Shown in pieces: positions 51,690 to 63,051 of a stretch of DNA of 64,000 nucleotides. Made by a program: the position numbers and the translations under genes. This stretch comes from Batkoa obscura (taxonomy: Eukaryota), in assembly GCA_030770535.1 (NCBI GenBank), contig JASVEC010000026.1:682001-746000 (forward strand). The letters run 5' to 3'. The notes under the pieces are model-generated. The model saw nothing but the letters and a program-made list of their open reading frames with translations. It was not told the DNA's origin and made no database searches. Each line of letters begins with the position of its first letter. The first letter of the stretch is position 1.

Positions 51690-53115
51690 TGGTAATATAT
51701 GATGCTATATCTTGTTATTCTCATAATAAGCTTAAGTTTTCTATTTTCATTGCATTAAAATAAAGTGCCCTTTGACTATTTGCTTTGATTTTTATTTGTA
51801 GTACCATATAATTGTTTACACATCAAATTAAGTTTTAAAGGCTATTAATTGTGAAGCTTTGTATAAAATAATGGCATTTAATTTTAAAATGGTTGAAAAG
51901 CCTTAAAAAGATAACATTTGACTTAAACTAAATAAAACCTTCCATTAACTTAGTGTACTCTTATTTTAGTCATAACAGTATGTTTAGTACATACACATCA
52001 ATTTAATATCTAGTCATAATTAAATTAAAAGCTGGCAATCATACGGATAATAAACAACAGCCTGTAAAGAACAAAAGTAGAAGTATAAACAGTATGAACT
52101 GATAGAATTAATAAGCTTAGTTGTTAACATTAATCTATTTTTTTCAAGCTTTTCTCTTCCACTTCTATTTGCTTTATTCTCTTCAATTTCTGTATTGTTT
52201 CAAATAAATTATACTATATGTTATAACGTATGTATAGAGTAAAAAAAACATCTATAATTTACACTTATTAAAATATAAATAATTAGATGATGAGTTTTTA
52301 ATTATATTGAAATAGATTAAGGATAATTTTTAATTTATTAGTATTTTATTAAAATAAGAAATTTATCAATTCAATAAAGTATACTTAATAATTGAATATG
52401 ATAATTATGTCTATACTCATAATCTATGAGTGCACTCAATAAATGATTTATCTAGCTTTATTTTTTAATTGATTTTGATGTATAATAAACTTGAGTTTAT
52501 TAAGTTTATTATTTATAGATTGTATTAAAAAATTATTATAGTATTTATTCTGTTTACTCTCAGTAAAATATATTCATGAAAAAGATAGAGTTTTGTATTA
52601 CAATAAAGAAAGTTGACAAAAAAATTGATAATATCACAAATAAAAGGAGATTTAATAAGTTAACTTTTGAAACACAAAATCTATTGATCAATAATGACCA
52701 AAATATTTAAAATCTAAATATTAGATTTATGTTGTTTAAACTTAATTTGTTTATTATTTGTTATTACTTTATGTATCTCTTAAGTTATATAAAATAATAC
52801 TGATTATTCATTAAATAATGATAACAATAATAATAATAATAATAATAATAAAATAAACCACTTGATTAACTAACAGCTGATAAGAAGAATTAACAATTAA
52901 TATAAAAAATGAAAAAATTAATAAACCTAAATTGATAAAAATTAATCATGCTATAAGAAATATAACAAACAATAAAACAATAGAACAAACTAAACATAAT
53001 AATAAACATTACAAAATGAACTGGTGCTTGATAAACTTTAAACTGATAAAAGTGATAAGCGTAAGAAACAAAACTATATAAACCGATACTATTCATTACA
53101 TATACCTCAACAAAA

Positions 53116-53532
53116 ATGAAACTCAATCATTTAATCCTATTCACTGCAGCTGTAGTTAACTGCAGCACCATTCCAGCTACTGAAAATGAATTGAATCAAA
53201 ATAATGCTTTACTCCTTGAGAAAGAAAACTTAAATCAACCTATTTCTAACTTAATGGAAGAGAGTAATTCGAACTTAGTGGAACCAAACTCAAATTTAGT
53301 AGAGGAAAAACAAGATGAGCAATTAAACTCGACTCCAGGTGCACCTGCTTTTGCTGCTGAGCCATGGGGCTGGAGAGGAGGATGGAGAGGAGGATGGAGA
53401 GGAGGATGGGGTTGGGGACGTCCATGGGGTTGGAGAGGAGGATGGGGATGGAGAGGAGGATGGGGTTGGGGCCGTCCATGGGGATGGAGAGGAGGATGGG
53501 GTTGGGGACGTCCATGGGGTTGGGGTTGGTAA
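53116..53532 (+). CDS. Secreted prepro-protein with (GWRGG)/(WGWGRP) repeats, paralogue of 51198-51689
   Basis: Signal peptide, acidic pro-region sharing EQLNSxPxxPAFAxEPW, 55-aa tail of W/G/R/P. Confidence 0.85.
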   Translation: MKLNHLILFTAAVVNCSTIPATENELNQNNALLLEKENLNQPISNLMEESNSNLVEPNSNLVEEKQDEQLNSTPGAPAFAAEPWGWRGGWRGGWRGGWGWGRPWGWRGGWGWRGGWGWGRPWGWRGGWGWGRPWGWGW

Positions 53533-53862
53533 AGAAGATATTTGTTTATCTTATCCCCTTATCAATTTTAATTTTCTTTTTACATTGCATCATCAATAAA
53601 GTATTCAACTTTAATTATGAGTTTTATGTTTTTATAGTATAATGAGTTATGCTACATGGATTTTTACTTCCTTTGTTTTTAATGAATGATAGTTCATTGA
53701 ATTAACTTCATATTAATATATAACTTATAAAAATTATGAATATAGATATTGATCAATTAAATTTGCTGATGCTATTTCAACTTTTGTCATCAATAGCTAT
53801 AATAATAAAGTTACTATGTTTTATATTTTGTGGATAAACTCAAATTCTGTATTGTCATGTTT

Positions 53863-53935
53863 GCCTTCTTGGCTCAGTTGGCAGAGCGTCCGCCTAGTAA
53901 GCGGAAGGTCATTGGTTCGATTCCGATAGAAGGCA
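53863..53935 (+). tRNA. tRNA-Thr(AGT)
   Basis: Acceptor stem GCCTTCT/AGAAGGC, A box TGGCTCAGTTGG, anticodon arm TCCGC-CTAGTAA-GCGGA, GGTTCGATTCC T-loop, downstream oligo-T. Confidence 0.95.
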
Positions 53936-55009
53936 TACTTTTTTTTACACAATCTATTATTTATTTCTCAAGTTTCTAACTTTATACAATAAGACTGATA
54001 TTATAAAATTCTATCTTTGCTTCATTACTGACTACTTTCTTGTTGAATATTATATAAAAAGGAATGAACTCTTAATAAATAAAGAGCACACTCATACCAA
54101 CCTTTTTAAGTAATAATAATTTAAAAGTGAGTATAGAAAAGCCGAATTTTCACTTCTAATCTAAAAATAATTGAATTATTATTAGATATTCGACTACAAA
54201 AATAAACTACTTGTGTATAGACATGTCTCTTTTAGACTCAATAATACATTAATATATATTTTCTATCACTGATAAGTTAATTACATATATGAATTTACCT
54301 TATCAAATTATCCTTTAATTTGTAGTATTAAGTTTTAACAATTCAAGTTTTTATTGAAAATAATAGCAATTTAAAGATGACTAAAAAAAATAAAATTCTT
54401 TAGTCTAAAAATAAAACAATTTGAACAAGTGTCTCATTTGAGTTGTTTATTATTATTTAACTACTATTAATAACATTGATGAGTTAATTTTATACACACG
54501 GATTGAGCTCTTTATATTATGACTTATCTTATGGCCATTTAGCCTTGAATTATTTCATTTTTTTTCCTTAAGGGTATTTATCCTTAAAAAAGTAGTCACT
54601 TTATTGTTTTCAATACTGAAACTTATCGTTTTAATTTAACTATGTTAATGAACAATTATGATAAGTTAAAAACGATGTAATATATTATAAATAATACAGA
54701 TATGAAACAATAGAACGAAGAAACATAATAGTTTAAATTAAGAATTACAAATAGTGATTGCAATCAATTTTTAATATTTTAAGCAGTCTAAAAATACAAT
54801 GAAAATCACTAATTCATTTCTATTTTTAACCCAAAAATAGAGGATGATGCTAAGGATTCCAGAGCGCCTTGGTCATGAGTTGATAAATTGTAATAAGATT
54901 AATAACTCACAAAAAAAACAAAAAACATTTAACTTTTACTAATTATGAATGAAAACTATATAAACAGCCTAAAACCATCAACAAACCAATATTACTATTA
55001 GTTTAGACT

Positions 55010-55927
55010 ATGAAATTTTATAACCTTATCCTAGCTTTTGGGGTTTCTTACATCTCTGCTTTTTCATTACTTAGTAATGATGTTACTCATCAAATAACAA
55101 GACGTGGGTATGGTCCAATAGCAGTCGAATGTAAATTCGAGTCTCGTTTAAAGGCAGCAACTACTGAAAGTGGGTTTAATGAAATAATGAATGATTGTAA
55201 CAATGCCTATAATACTTTATTGGCAAGAGATTCATCTCAACAAAATGCGATTGCACTTCAAGCTGAAATTGTTTACATCAAAGAGCAATTTTCAAAATAT
55301 AAAAACGATTACTTTTTATCTCATCCACCAGGTGGTCCTAGCACTTCAAATCCTCCTGTTACTTCTACTACTACCACAAATCCTCCTGTTACTTCCACTA
55401 CTGCTACTTCTACCACTAAGCCTCCTGTTACTTCCACTACAACTTCCTCTTCGACCCCAATACCTACTATACCTCCAGGTCAAACTATTTTCCAACGCTG
55501 TGACATTGAAAACAAAATCAAGCTAGTAAAAAAGAGAGAAGAGTTTGATGTTATATTAAGCTCATGTAGTACATCTTATAATGAGTTATTAAACAATGAC
55601 CCAAGCCGAATCAATGAATTAAATAGTGAATGGCTTCGAGTACAAAACCGTATTAAAGTAGCTCAAGAAGATTTTGCAAGAGAACATCCAGATACTGGTA
55701 ATCCAGGTGGTAATCCAGGTGGTAGTACTCAAATCGCTACTTTAGTAAAAGTAGATAGTCGTTTAGCCGCTGCTAGGTCTTACGCTGATTTTGATAACCT
55801 TATTAATGATTGCAATATCGCTTTTGTTCAACTTAATACTGATTCTTCTAAAACGGTTAAGTTACAACAAGAGTTGGAGTACCTTAAAGCTAAAATTGTG
55901 GATGCTAAGAGTAAATTCAAGCCATAA
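55010..55927 (+). CDS. Secreted protein with three copies of a ~60-aa helical domain and Pro/Thr and Gly/Pro linkers
   Basis: Signal peptide, RR site, internal repeats with R..A......L..DC...Y/F......L.xE pattern. Confidence 0.85.
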   Translation: MKFYNLILAFGVSYISAFSLLSNDVTHQITRRGYGPIAVECKFESRLKAATTESGFNEIMNDCNNAYNTLLARDSSQQNAIALQAEIVYIKEQFSKYKNDYFLSHPPGGPSTSNPPVTSTTTTNPPVTSTTATSTTKPPVTSTTTSSSTPIPTIPPGQTIFQRCDIENKIKLVKKREEFDVILSSCSTSYNELLNNDPSRINELNSEWLRVQNRIKVAQEDFAREHPDTGNPGGNPGGSTQIATLVKVDSRLAAARSYADFDNLINDCNIAFVQLNTDSSKTVKLQQELEYLKAKIVDAKSKFKP

Positions 55928-56645
55928 AGGTTATTAGTATGTAAATAAAAATATATTTTCTTTGAAAATTTTATGCTAATTACTTTTCTAATTACTTTTT
56001 AAAAAACAATGTTACTTATAGGGTAAATATTGTAATCAGCATGGTATGTTTAAGGTAGAAATTCAAATATGCTACTTTGTAAATTTCAAGTAGACTAAAC
56101 TCGAGTTTATAAATAACTTGATAACTATATTCTCTACTATTAATTTCTTGACGTTTTTAGGAGTGACGTCTTGATTTACTCCTCCATTTTTTTGACTTTG
56201 GGTAAATTCATTGTTTTAAACTCTGATCTACACATCTTCCGAAAAAGTAATGCATCAAAATAAAACTCGTTAAAAAATTCATGCTTTGCCAATAGTGCTT
56301 TTTTACTAATATTTTAGTAAATATATATTTTAAAAAAACTCGTATTTTTATCTAAAAGGTAGTTGAGCTATACTCTTTAATAGCATCATTAAAGACTAGT
56401 TTGAGAAGGATATTAACACTAGTAACGTATGGGACTATAATAAAAATAGATTATTTAAAAGAACTTGAATAAGCCAATAAAAAGCGGAAGTTAAAAAAGG
56501 AACTTAATTACTCCGCAAGAGAAAATATAAATTTACTCCGTTTAATTAGTATAAAAGGAAACAATATTTCATAAAAATTAGTTTTTAGTTTAATTTATTA
56601 ATATTTTTAATTTAAGTATACAATACCTGTAAATAATAAATAAAA

Positions 56646-56951
56646 ATGAAGTTACTATTCCTTTTTTTCTTAATGATAACCATGACTTTAGCCATAGTCT
56701 CTCGTTCATTCGACTATTTAAAAAATGGGATGATCAAAGGTAGCAAATATTATTTAAGATCCCAATTAAGTGCGTTGATCCCAAGAGATTTCAAACTAAA
56801 GTATCAGTTAGTTAAAAAGGATATCGGTAGCATCAAAAAAATTCGTTATCACTTAAATGCCGGTTTAAATGAAGTCAAAAAAATTGTTTCTTTTAAAGAG
56901 AGACCTAAAAAGAAGCAAATTACTCCTACTGTTATTCATGATTTAGACTGA
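56646..56951 (+). CDS. Small secreted basic protein (101 aa)
   Basis: MKLLFLFFLMITMTLA signal peptide, Lys/Arg-rich mature part, upstream TATAAAAGG. Confidence 0.65.
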   Translation: MKLLFLFFLMITMTLAIVSRSFDYLKNGMIKGSKYYLRSQLSALIPRDFKLKYQLVKKDIGSIKKIRYHLNAGLNEVKKIVSFKERPKKKQITPTVIHDLD

Positions 56952-57140
56952 TTAGCCTAGTTATTAAATTTATTTTATTTATGTTTTTTAATTTCCAATT
57001 TCTTATAAAATTTGAAGTCATTTCGCTTGATATTTATCATTTTTATATATTTGTACCTGTGAGTTTGTCACATTAATATCAAAATATTATATAATAGTAA
57101 AGAATAACTCTACTTAAATACACATAATATGCCAAAATAT

Positions 57141-57239
57141 GGAGATGCTTTTTTTGACTTTATTACTTTTTACATCTTTTAAGCGCTATTTGCATGAAAA
57201 AATTGTTAGTAAAATCATTAAATACAAAAATACATTCCC
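57141..57239 (-). mobile_element. MITE copy
   Basis: Family interior, ATAT target duplication. Confidence 0.85.
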
Positions 57240-57333
57240 ATATATTAGGATCTAATGCCTTAGGTAGCTTTAATGAATTGAGAATTAAATAGGTCTTAAA
57301 CTCCAACCTAACCAAACAAATAAAACTTGATAT

Positions 57334-57431
57334 GGAGGTATTTTTTCTGGTTTCACTACTTTTTCTATTTTTAAGCGCTATTTGAGCGGAAAAATTGTTA
57401 GTAAAATTTTTAAGCAAAAAAATACATCCGC
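57334..57431 (-). mobile_element. MITE copy
   Basis: Family interior, ATAT target duplication. Confidence 0.85.
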
Positions 57432-58619
57432 ATATATAAAAAATTTATTAGAAATTTTGAATATTACATCTAAATTGCCAATTAAAGACATGAGATATAA
57501 ATAAATATCCATACATGCCACTAATACTAGGATAGAAAGCTTTTGACAATAACCTTTTTCTCAATGATAATGGATAAAGTATATTATGCTACCATTCGCT
57601 TTTGTCATAGATTTTTATATATTTTGATTTCTTCTAATATTAAAATGAACAAAAGTTGATTGGATCTTTGAAGGTTTTAGAAGTTTGGAAAATAATAAAA
57701 GTTATATAATAGTTGGAATCGCTAGAATAACAAGATAGTAAATAAAATGGAATTGTTGTTTTAAAGTATTACTAAAGTCGGTTAGCTTAACAAAAACTGT
57801 AAAGGTCCCAGATTCTAAAAATTCGAGATAAGATACCAAGCATGCAATCAAAAAAATCGAGTTTATTTACAGACTTAATTATTCTGTTTCTTAGACAATA
57901 TGTTTGAGAGGTTCAGTGACTCTTGTAAGAAGGTAAGATGTTAATCCACAGTAAGATTTTATAGATTCTTGTTATTGGTTCTAGATATGATTATTATTTT
58001 ATTCAAATGGATACTAAGCTAGAAGGCTGGTAGTGAACCTATTAGCGTAAAAAAGGAAATGTGGTATAATATAGTTAATTCAAAGTTGTTTACAATATAT
58101 ATCTGTATCTGATAAATTAACTACATATAATTCTGACTAAAAATAAACTATTTTAAAAAATCCTACATGTGGGAATACTACTTTTTATCTCAGTTTTTGA
58201 CTAAAGATGTTTCTAAGCTTTGTGCTTCACGACGAGTGGACAAAATTTTAAAACGAAGAATCTATCTCTGCATAATTTAGATGTATATAGAAAATGATAT
58301 ACCACATAGTTTAATACATCCGTAATAATATCATAAACTAAATCTTAAGAACACTAAATAGCCCTTTTCATTAAAAATAAAAAATGGAGAGCATATAAAT
58401 TCGTGTATATTGTTTAAATTATCCGCGTCTGATAATAATCCTTTTTTTTCAATATCATTCATAATAATCCAATCAAAATAAAACTTAACCAAAGTACGGA
58501 GAAACAAGGTAAGATAAAAAAATCAACTATAAAAAGTCTAAAAAAATATTCTAATATAAATTAGCTTTTAAATTCAAATATATCAACTTATCAATTTTAT
58601 ATAAATTAAATAGACCAAA

Positions 58620-59246
58620 ATGAAATTTGTAAACTTTGCTTTATTTTCTACCATTGCTCTTTCTGTAAATACTTTATCCGTTGATAGTTTATTCTCAAAT
58701 GTTAAACGTGAAATTCACCAAGGTGTCAACTATAGTAAAAGGGAGCTAGTGGTACGTTATGCTACTGATAAATGTTTGTCAAGCTGCCATGCTACGTTAA
58801 GGGTGATTGAAAAGTATAATAACAATAATGACCAATGCCAAAGCATTTGCAAAAATAGTGGTAAAAAATTGAACAAAATATTGAAATCGCTTCAAAATGA
58901 TAATAACAAAGGATCCTCCCATGAGCCTCAAGGCGTTGTAACCAATGGCGGTAAAGCCACTATTTCTGAATTATCTGGCTATGGTAATCGTTTCGACTCA
59001 GCTAAAACTGTAAAAGTGTTATTAGATTTAATTAAGGATTGTGAATACTTTTATAGAGCTGTAATTAAAAACAAGGAAGGTAGAGATAAAGAGCTTGAAG
59101 CAGAAATCGATGGAATTGAGGATGAGGTCTTTAAAAGGATAGATTCGTTTGCAGGTGATGTAGGCCCTAAAGACGACGTAGGCAATGTAAAGGATGATAA
59201 AAGCTCAATGGTTAAAAGGGCTATTTCAAAGATACTTAAACTTTAA
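58620..59246 (+). CDS. Secreted protein with a twin-CX3C module and one helical-domain copy
   Basis: Signal peptide, KR sites, CLSSC...CQSIC, C-terminal half homologous to 62376-62789. Confidence 0.85.
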   Translation: MKFVNFALFSTIALSVNTLSVDSLFSNVKREIHQGVNYSKRELVVRYATDKCLSSCHATLRVIEKYNNNNDQCQSICKNSGKKLNKILKSLQNDNNKGSSHEPQGVVTNGGKATISELSGYGNRFDSAKTVKVLLDLIKDCEYFYRAVIKNKEGRDKELEAEIDGIEDEVFKRIDSFAGDVGPKDDVGNVKDDKSSMVKRAISKILKL

Positions 59247-60260
59247 ACTCTGTAAGTAATAGTTAAAATAAATCAATATATTGTATACTGTAGTTATTAA
59301 TTTTTAAACCAAGAGTTCAAGCTAATAGAAGGCATTGCTTTGACATCTAACTACTTTCAATAATTACTGTAGCAGTATTGTATTTAATTTTCAATAAACT
59401 TATCGATGCTGTATTTTTGTATTTAACTTAGAGATCATTTATTTAATTTTTTATCTTGAGCCTTATAATATAAACCAGTAGTCATCTCATTGGCAAAAGA
59501 ATGCAAAAGTATTTTTCAATAATTTACAGTAGCTAGGCTGATTTACAAGCAATATTTCCAAATTATAGTGTAGAAGTAGCGCGACAAAAATACTCAAAAT
59601 CAATTCAAACTACTAAACAATATTGTGATTGTGGATCCAGAGTAGTATGATCCCATCAGTCAGAGAGCCAAGGAATCTATATACTATTTTTAATATTGCT
59701 ATATTAAAAATATACTAGTGATCATGCGTTATAAAAATGCAGAATTGATATCATAAATCAATAAAGAGAATGAAAATAGCAATAGCAATAGCAAACTTAA
59801 TATTTTTAATGTCTTTTTGTTCATCAATCATATAAGGCCTTGATCATTGAAGAGAGGTTTTCAAATTTACTATTTCCCTTAGATGACTTTAATAAACCTT
59901 TCTATATATCATTATCGAATAAATAAATAACAATGACTATTTTTTGATAAACACTTTAATCTTCACCATTTGTATTTTGTAGAGGACGAGATGCAATTAA
60001 TATTTAAGAAATGTTTAGCGAGTTTAACACGCTTCCTAGACAAATAGGATATAGGCTGATGAGATAAAAACTTTAATAGTATTTAACTTTGATGTTTTTC
60101 GATTAACATTGTGGCCTTTGATTATCAAACTGTCATTTAGTTTAAATACCCTCAAATTAGTAAAGATATTTATAAACAAGCCGTTATTTCCTTGAGAGTA
60201 ACAATTATATATATTAAAAACCCAAGTTTAATAAATGACATACTACTAATTTGATAATTT

Positions 60261-60354
60261 AGAAGTATTTTTGTATTTAAGAATTTCACTAATAGTTTTT
60301 CCGCTCAAATAGCGCTTAAAAAGTAGAAGTAATGAAACCAAAAAAAATACCTCC
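60261..60354 (+). mobile_element. MITE copy, degenerate left end
   Basis: Family interior, ATTT flanks. Confidence 0.75.
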
Positions 60355-60637
60355 ATTTTATGACGTAAATTTAAATTTAGCCATTTTGACTTTATAGCAT
60401 TCAAATAATAGTTGGGTTATTATACAGTCACTTGGCAGAATTGTTAATATGCCTTTGAAAAGCTATTGATTTTATTAAAGCTCAAAGAAAAATCAATTCA
60501 TTACTATTCAAGCTGTTTTTTGATATATTTAATGGAATAACGAAAAAGTGAAAAAAACAGGTGTTTAATAAATCTCATTAATTTATTCGATTTGTTTTCT
60601 TGATTGAGATTTGTATAACAAATAGTTTTTTATATAT

Positions 60638-60735
60638 TGAGATATTTTTTCTGGTCTCATTACTTTTTCTATTTTTAAGCGCTATTTGAGCAGAGAAATT
60701 GTTAGTAAAGTTGCTAGGCAAAAAGATACATCCCC
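60638..60735 (-). mobile_element. MITE copy
   Basis: Family interior, ends ACATCCCC-ATAT. Confidence 0.8.
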
Positions 60736-62375
60736 ATATATTGAATTGATTTTACCAATTGTTGTAATAAAGTTGTCCAATTTGATTGCTATTATTTTTA
60801 AGATTTATTTAGTTTATAAGTCCAAAAGTTTTTTACATAAAGACATTATAGCAGTAAATGTAATTCTAACTAATTTTTCAATACATAAAAATTAGTATAG
60901 TCCTTGATCCTATAGATGCCATCAATAAATTGGAATATACGTTGTAACTTGAAATTTCATAAAATAAAACATTTTAATTAAAGCATTTGCTAGATCTTTA
61001 AATATGATAGTTGTTTGATATTTAACAGATAATAATTTAAAAACAGACAATAAATCAATCAACATTAAGAAGGAGTTTTTAAAGTCTATTATTACGATAA
61101 AAAGCTATTAGTTGATAAAGTATCTAAAAATAGAATTTAAAATTCAATATTTTGAAATACCACATGGAAATTTTCGACTGATATTAGCAGCAAGGGTTTA
61201 TGAAAGCTATGAAAGTATTTTTATATAAATATTGTTTTATTGTATTATTTTTGATTTTTAAAATAGCAAATCGCTGGGGTTGATTGATTCTTTAAGGTTT
61301 TAAAGACTGAAAATAGTACACTGTTGCAATTTTATTGCGATCTAATATGCGATAACTTTTAGAATCAATATTCGTTTGTTTGGTTTTTTTAATAATTGGC
61401 TTCTGTTTTTAGCATAGTTTTGAGAAAATTTTGTTTTTAATTAGTAATGTCCCATTAGAATTGCAGCAGAAGTAAATTTTACTAATGGATAAAATTTGAA
61501 ATCAGCAGGATAGTGAGATAGGAAATAAAAGTGGAGTTATTACTTCAAAAATAGTTGGACGCGGCCAAAATATATAAGAACTACAAAAATTCAAACCTTT
61601 GAAATTCTGAATGCATGCATTCAAAGAATTGCGATATTTATTTGTAGAATTGTTTTGATACTTAGCTTGGGGATTATACCTAAAAAATTTAGAGATCATG
61701 AAAAGTAAAATATCACATGAGGCTTGCAAATTTAGTAGGCTTCTTTTGTTGTTCTCATAATATCCTTGACGTCACTTCGTTATTTTTAGCCAGCATACAT
61801 AAAAAGCTAAAAGGCTTGGAGTAAATATATCCAAATAAAGAATTGGAGATAGGAGCCATAAAAGAATTAAACTATCAGTGTTTTCAACTAGTCTTTATAT
61901 ACCATTACTTAGCTCTATGCGTTTTTATTAAAATTATAGATCTAAAAGGATAATATGTATGAATCTTTTCTGTCTTAATATTCAACTTACAACCTTTAAA
62001 GTTTCATTAAATAAAATATGGACAAAATATTCAAAGCCATTTTAGCGTGTTTTTAGATGCCTAAAGGAAATGTTACATAATAGACTTTATTATATCCGTA
62101 AGGTAACATTAATTTCATTTTAAGAACAATAAATAGTCCGTTTATTGCAAATAGAGTATGGTGAAACTACTAAATTTGAGTATAGTGTTTAAATTATCCG
62201 TTTAACAATTATTATCATCCATAATCCCTTTAAAATAAAACTATTCAAAGTATAGAGAAATAAAATGAATGAAAAAAATTAGCTATAAATAGTCAAAAAA
62301 AACATTCAAATATAACTAAACTTTTTAAATAAGAATCATATATCTGCCTATCAATTGTATATAAATCAAATCAAG

Positions 62376-62789
62376 ATGAAATTTTTAAATATCGCTTTGT
62401 TCTCTGCTGCCGCCCTTTCTGTAAATACTCTATCGATTCGTGGCTTATTTTCTAGCATTAAACGTGAGTTTAATCAAGGAGTTGTAACCAATGACGGTAA
62501 AGCCACTATCTATGAGTTGTGTAACTATGATAAACGTTTCAACTCAGCTGCAACTGTAAAAGAATTGACAGATTTACTTCATGATTGTGAATATTATTAC
62601 AGAGAAGTGGTTAAAAACAAGGAAGGTAGAGATAAAGAGCTTGAAGCAGAAATCGATGGAATTGAGGAAGAGGTTTTTGATAGAATGGTCACATTTGCGG
62701 GTGAAGGCTCTGAAGATGAAGCTGGTAAGACAAAAGTTAAAGGACGCTCACCTCTTAAAAGAACTATTTTGAAGGTTCTTAAACTTTAA
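62376..62789 (+). CDS. Secreted protein, shorter paralogue of 58620-59246 (137 aa)
   Basis: ATG at 62376, signal peptide, identical KNKEGRDKELEAEIDGIE block, homologous flanks. Confidence 0.85.
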   Translation: MKFLNIALFSAAALSVNTLSIRGLFSSIKREFNQGVVTNDGKATIYELCNYDKRFNSAATVKELTDLLHDCEYYYREVVKNKEGRDKELEAEIDGIEEEVFDRMVTFAGEGSEDEAGKTKVKGRSPLKRTILKVLKL

Positions 62790-63051
62790 ATATTGTAAGT
62801 AATAGTTAAAATAAATCAATATATTGTATACTATAGTTATTAATTTTTAAATGCAATTTTAAGCTGATATAAAGCCTTAAATATTTGATTGCTTTCTCTA
62901 ATTACTAAATTCTAATAGTCTTAACCTTTGAAAGTATTACTATAATTTGATATTTCTTATAGCATTTATTTGATAGTCAGTTTCTTAAGAAACCTCAAGC
63001 CTTCAATGTAAACACTATTTGCATATATATTAATATAAAATATTAATATAT

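Noticed and set aside
51409..53642. Alternative-frame repeat ORFs (VGVDGEVD, WMERWTLG, MERRMG and similar)
   Set aside because: Shadow frames of the 24-nt and GGA/TGG repeats; only the signal-peptide frames have TATA context and proper starts
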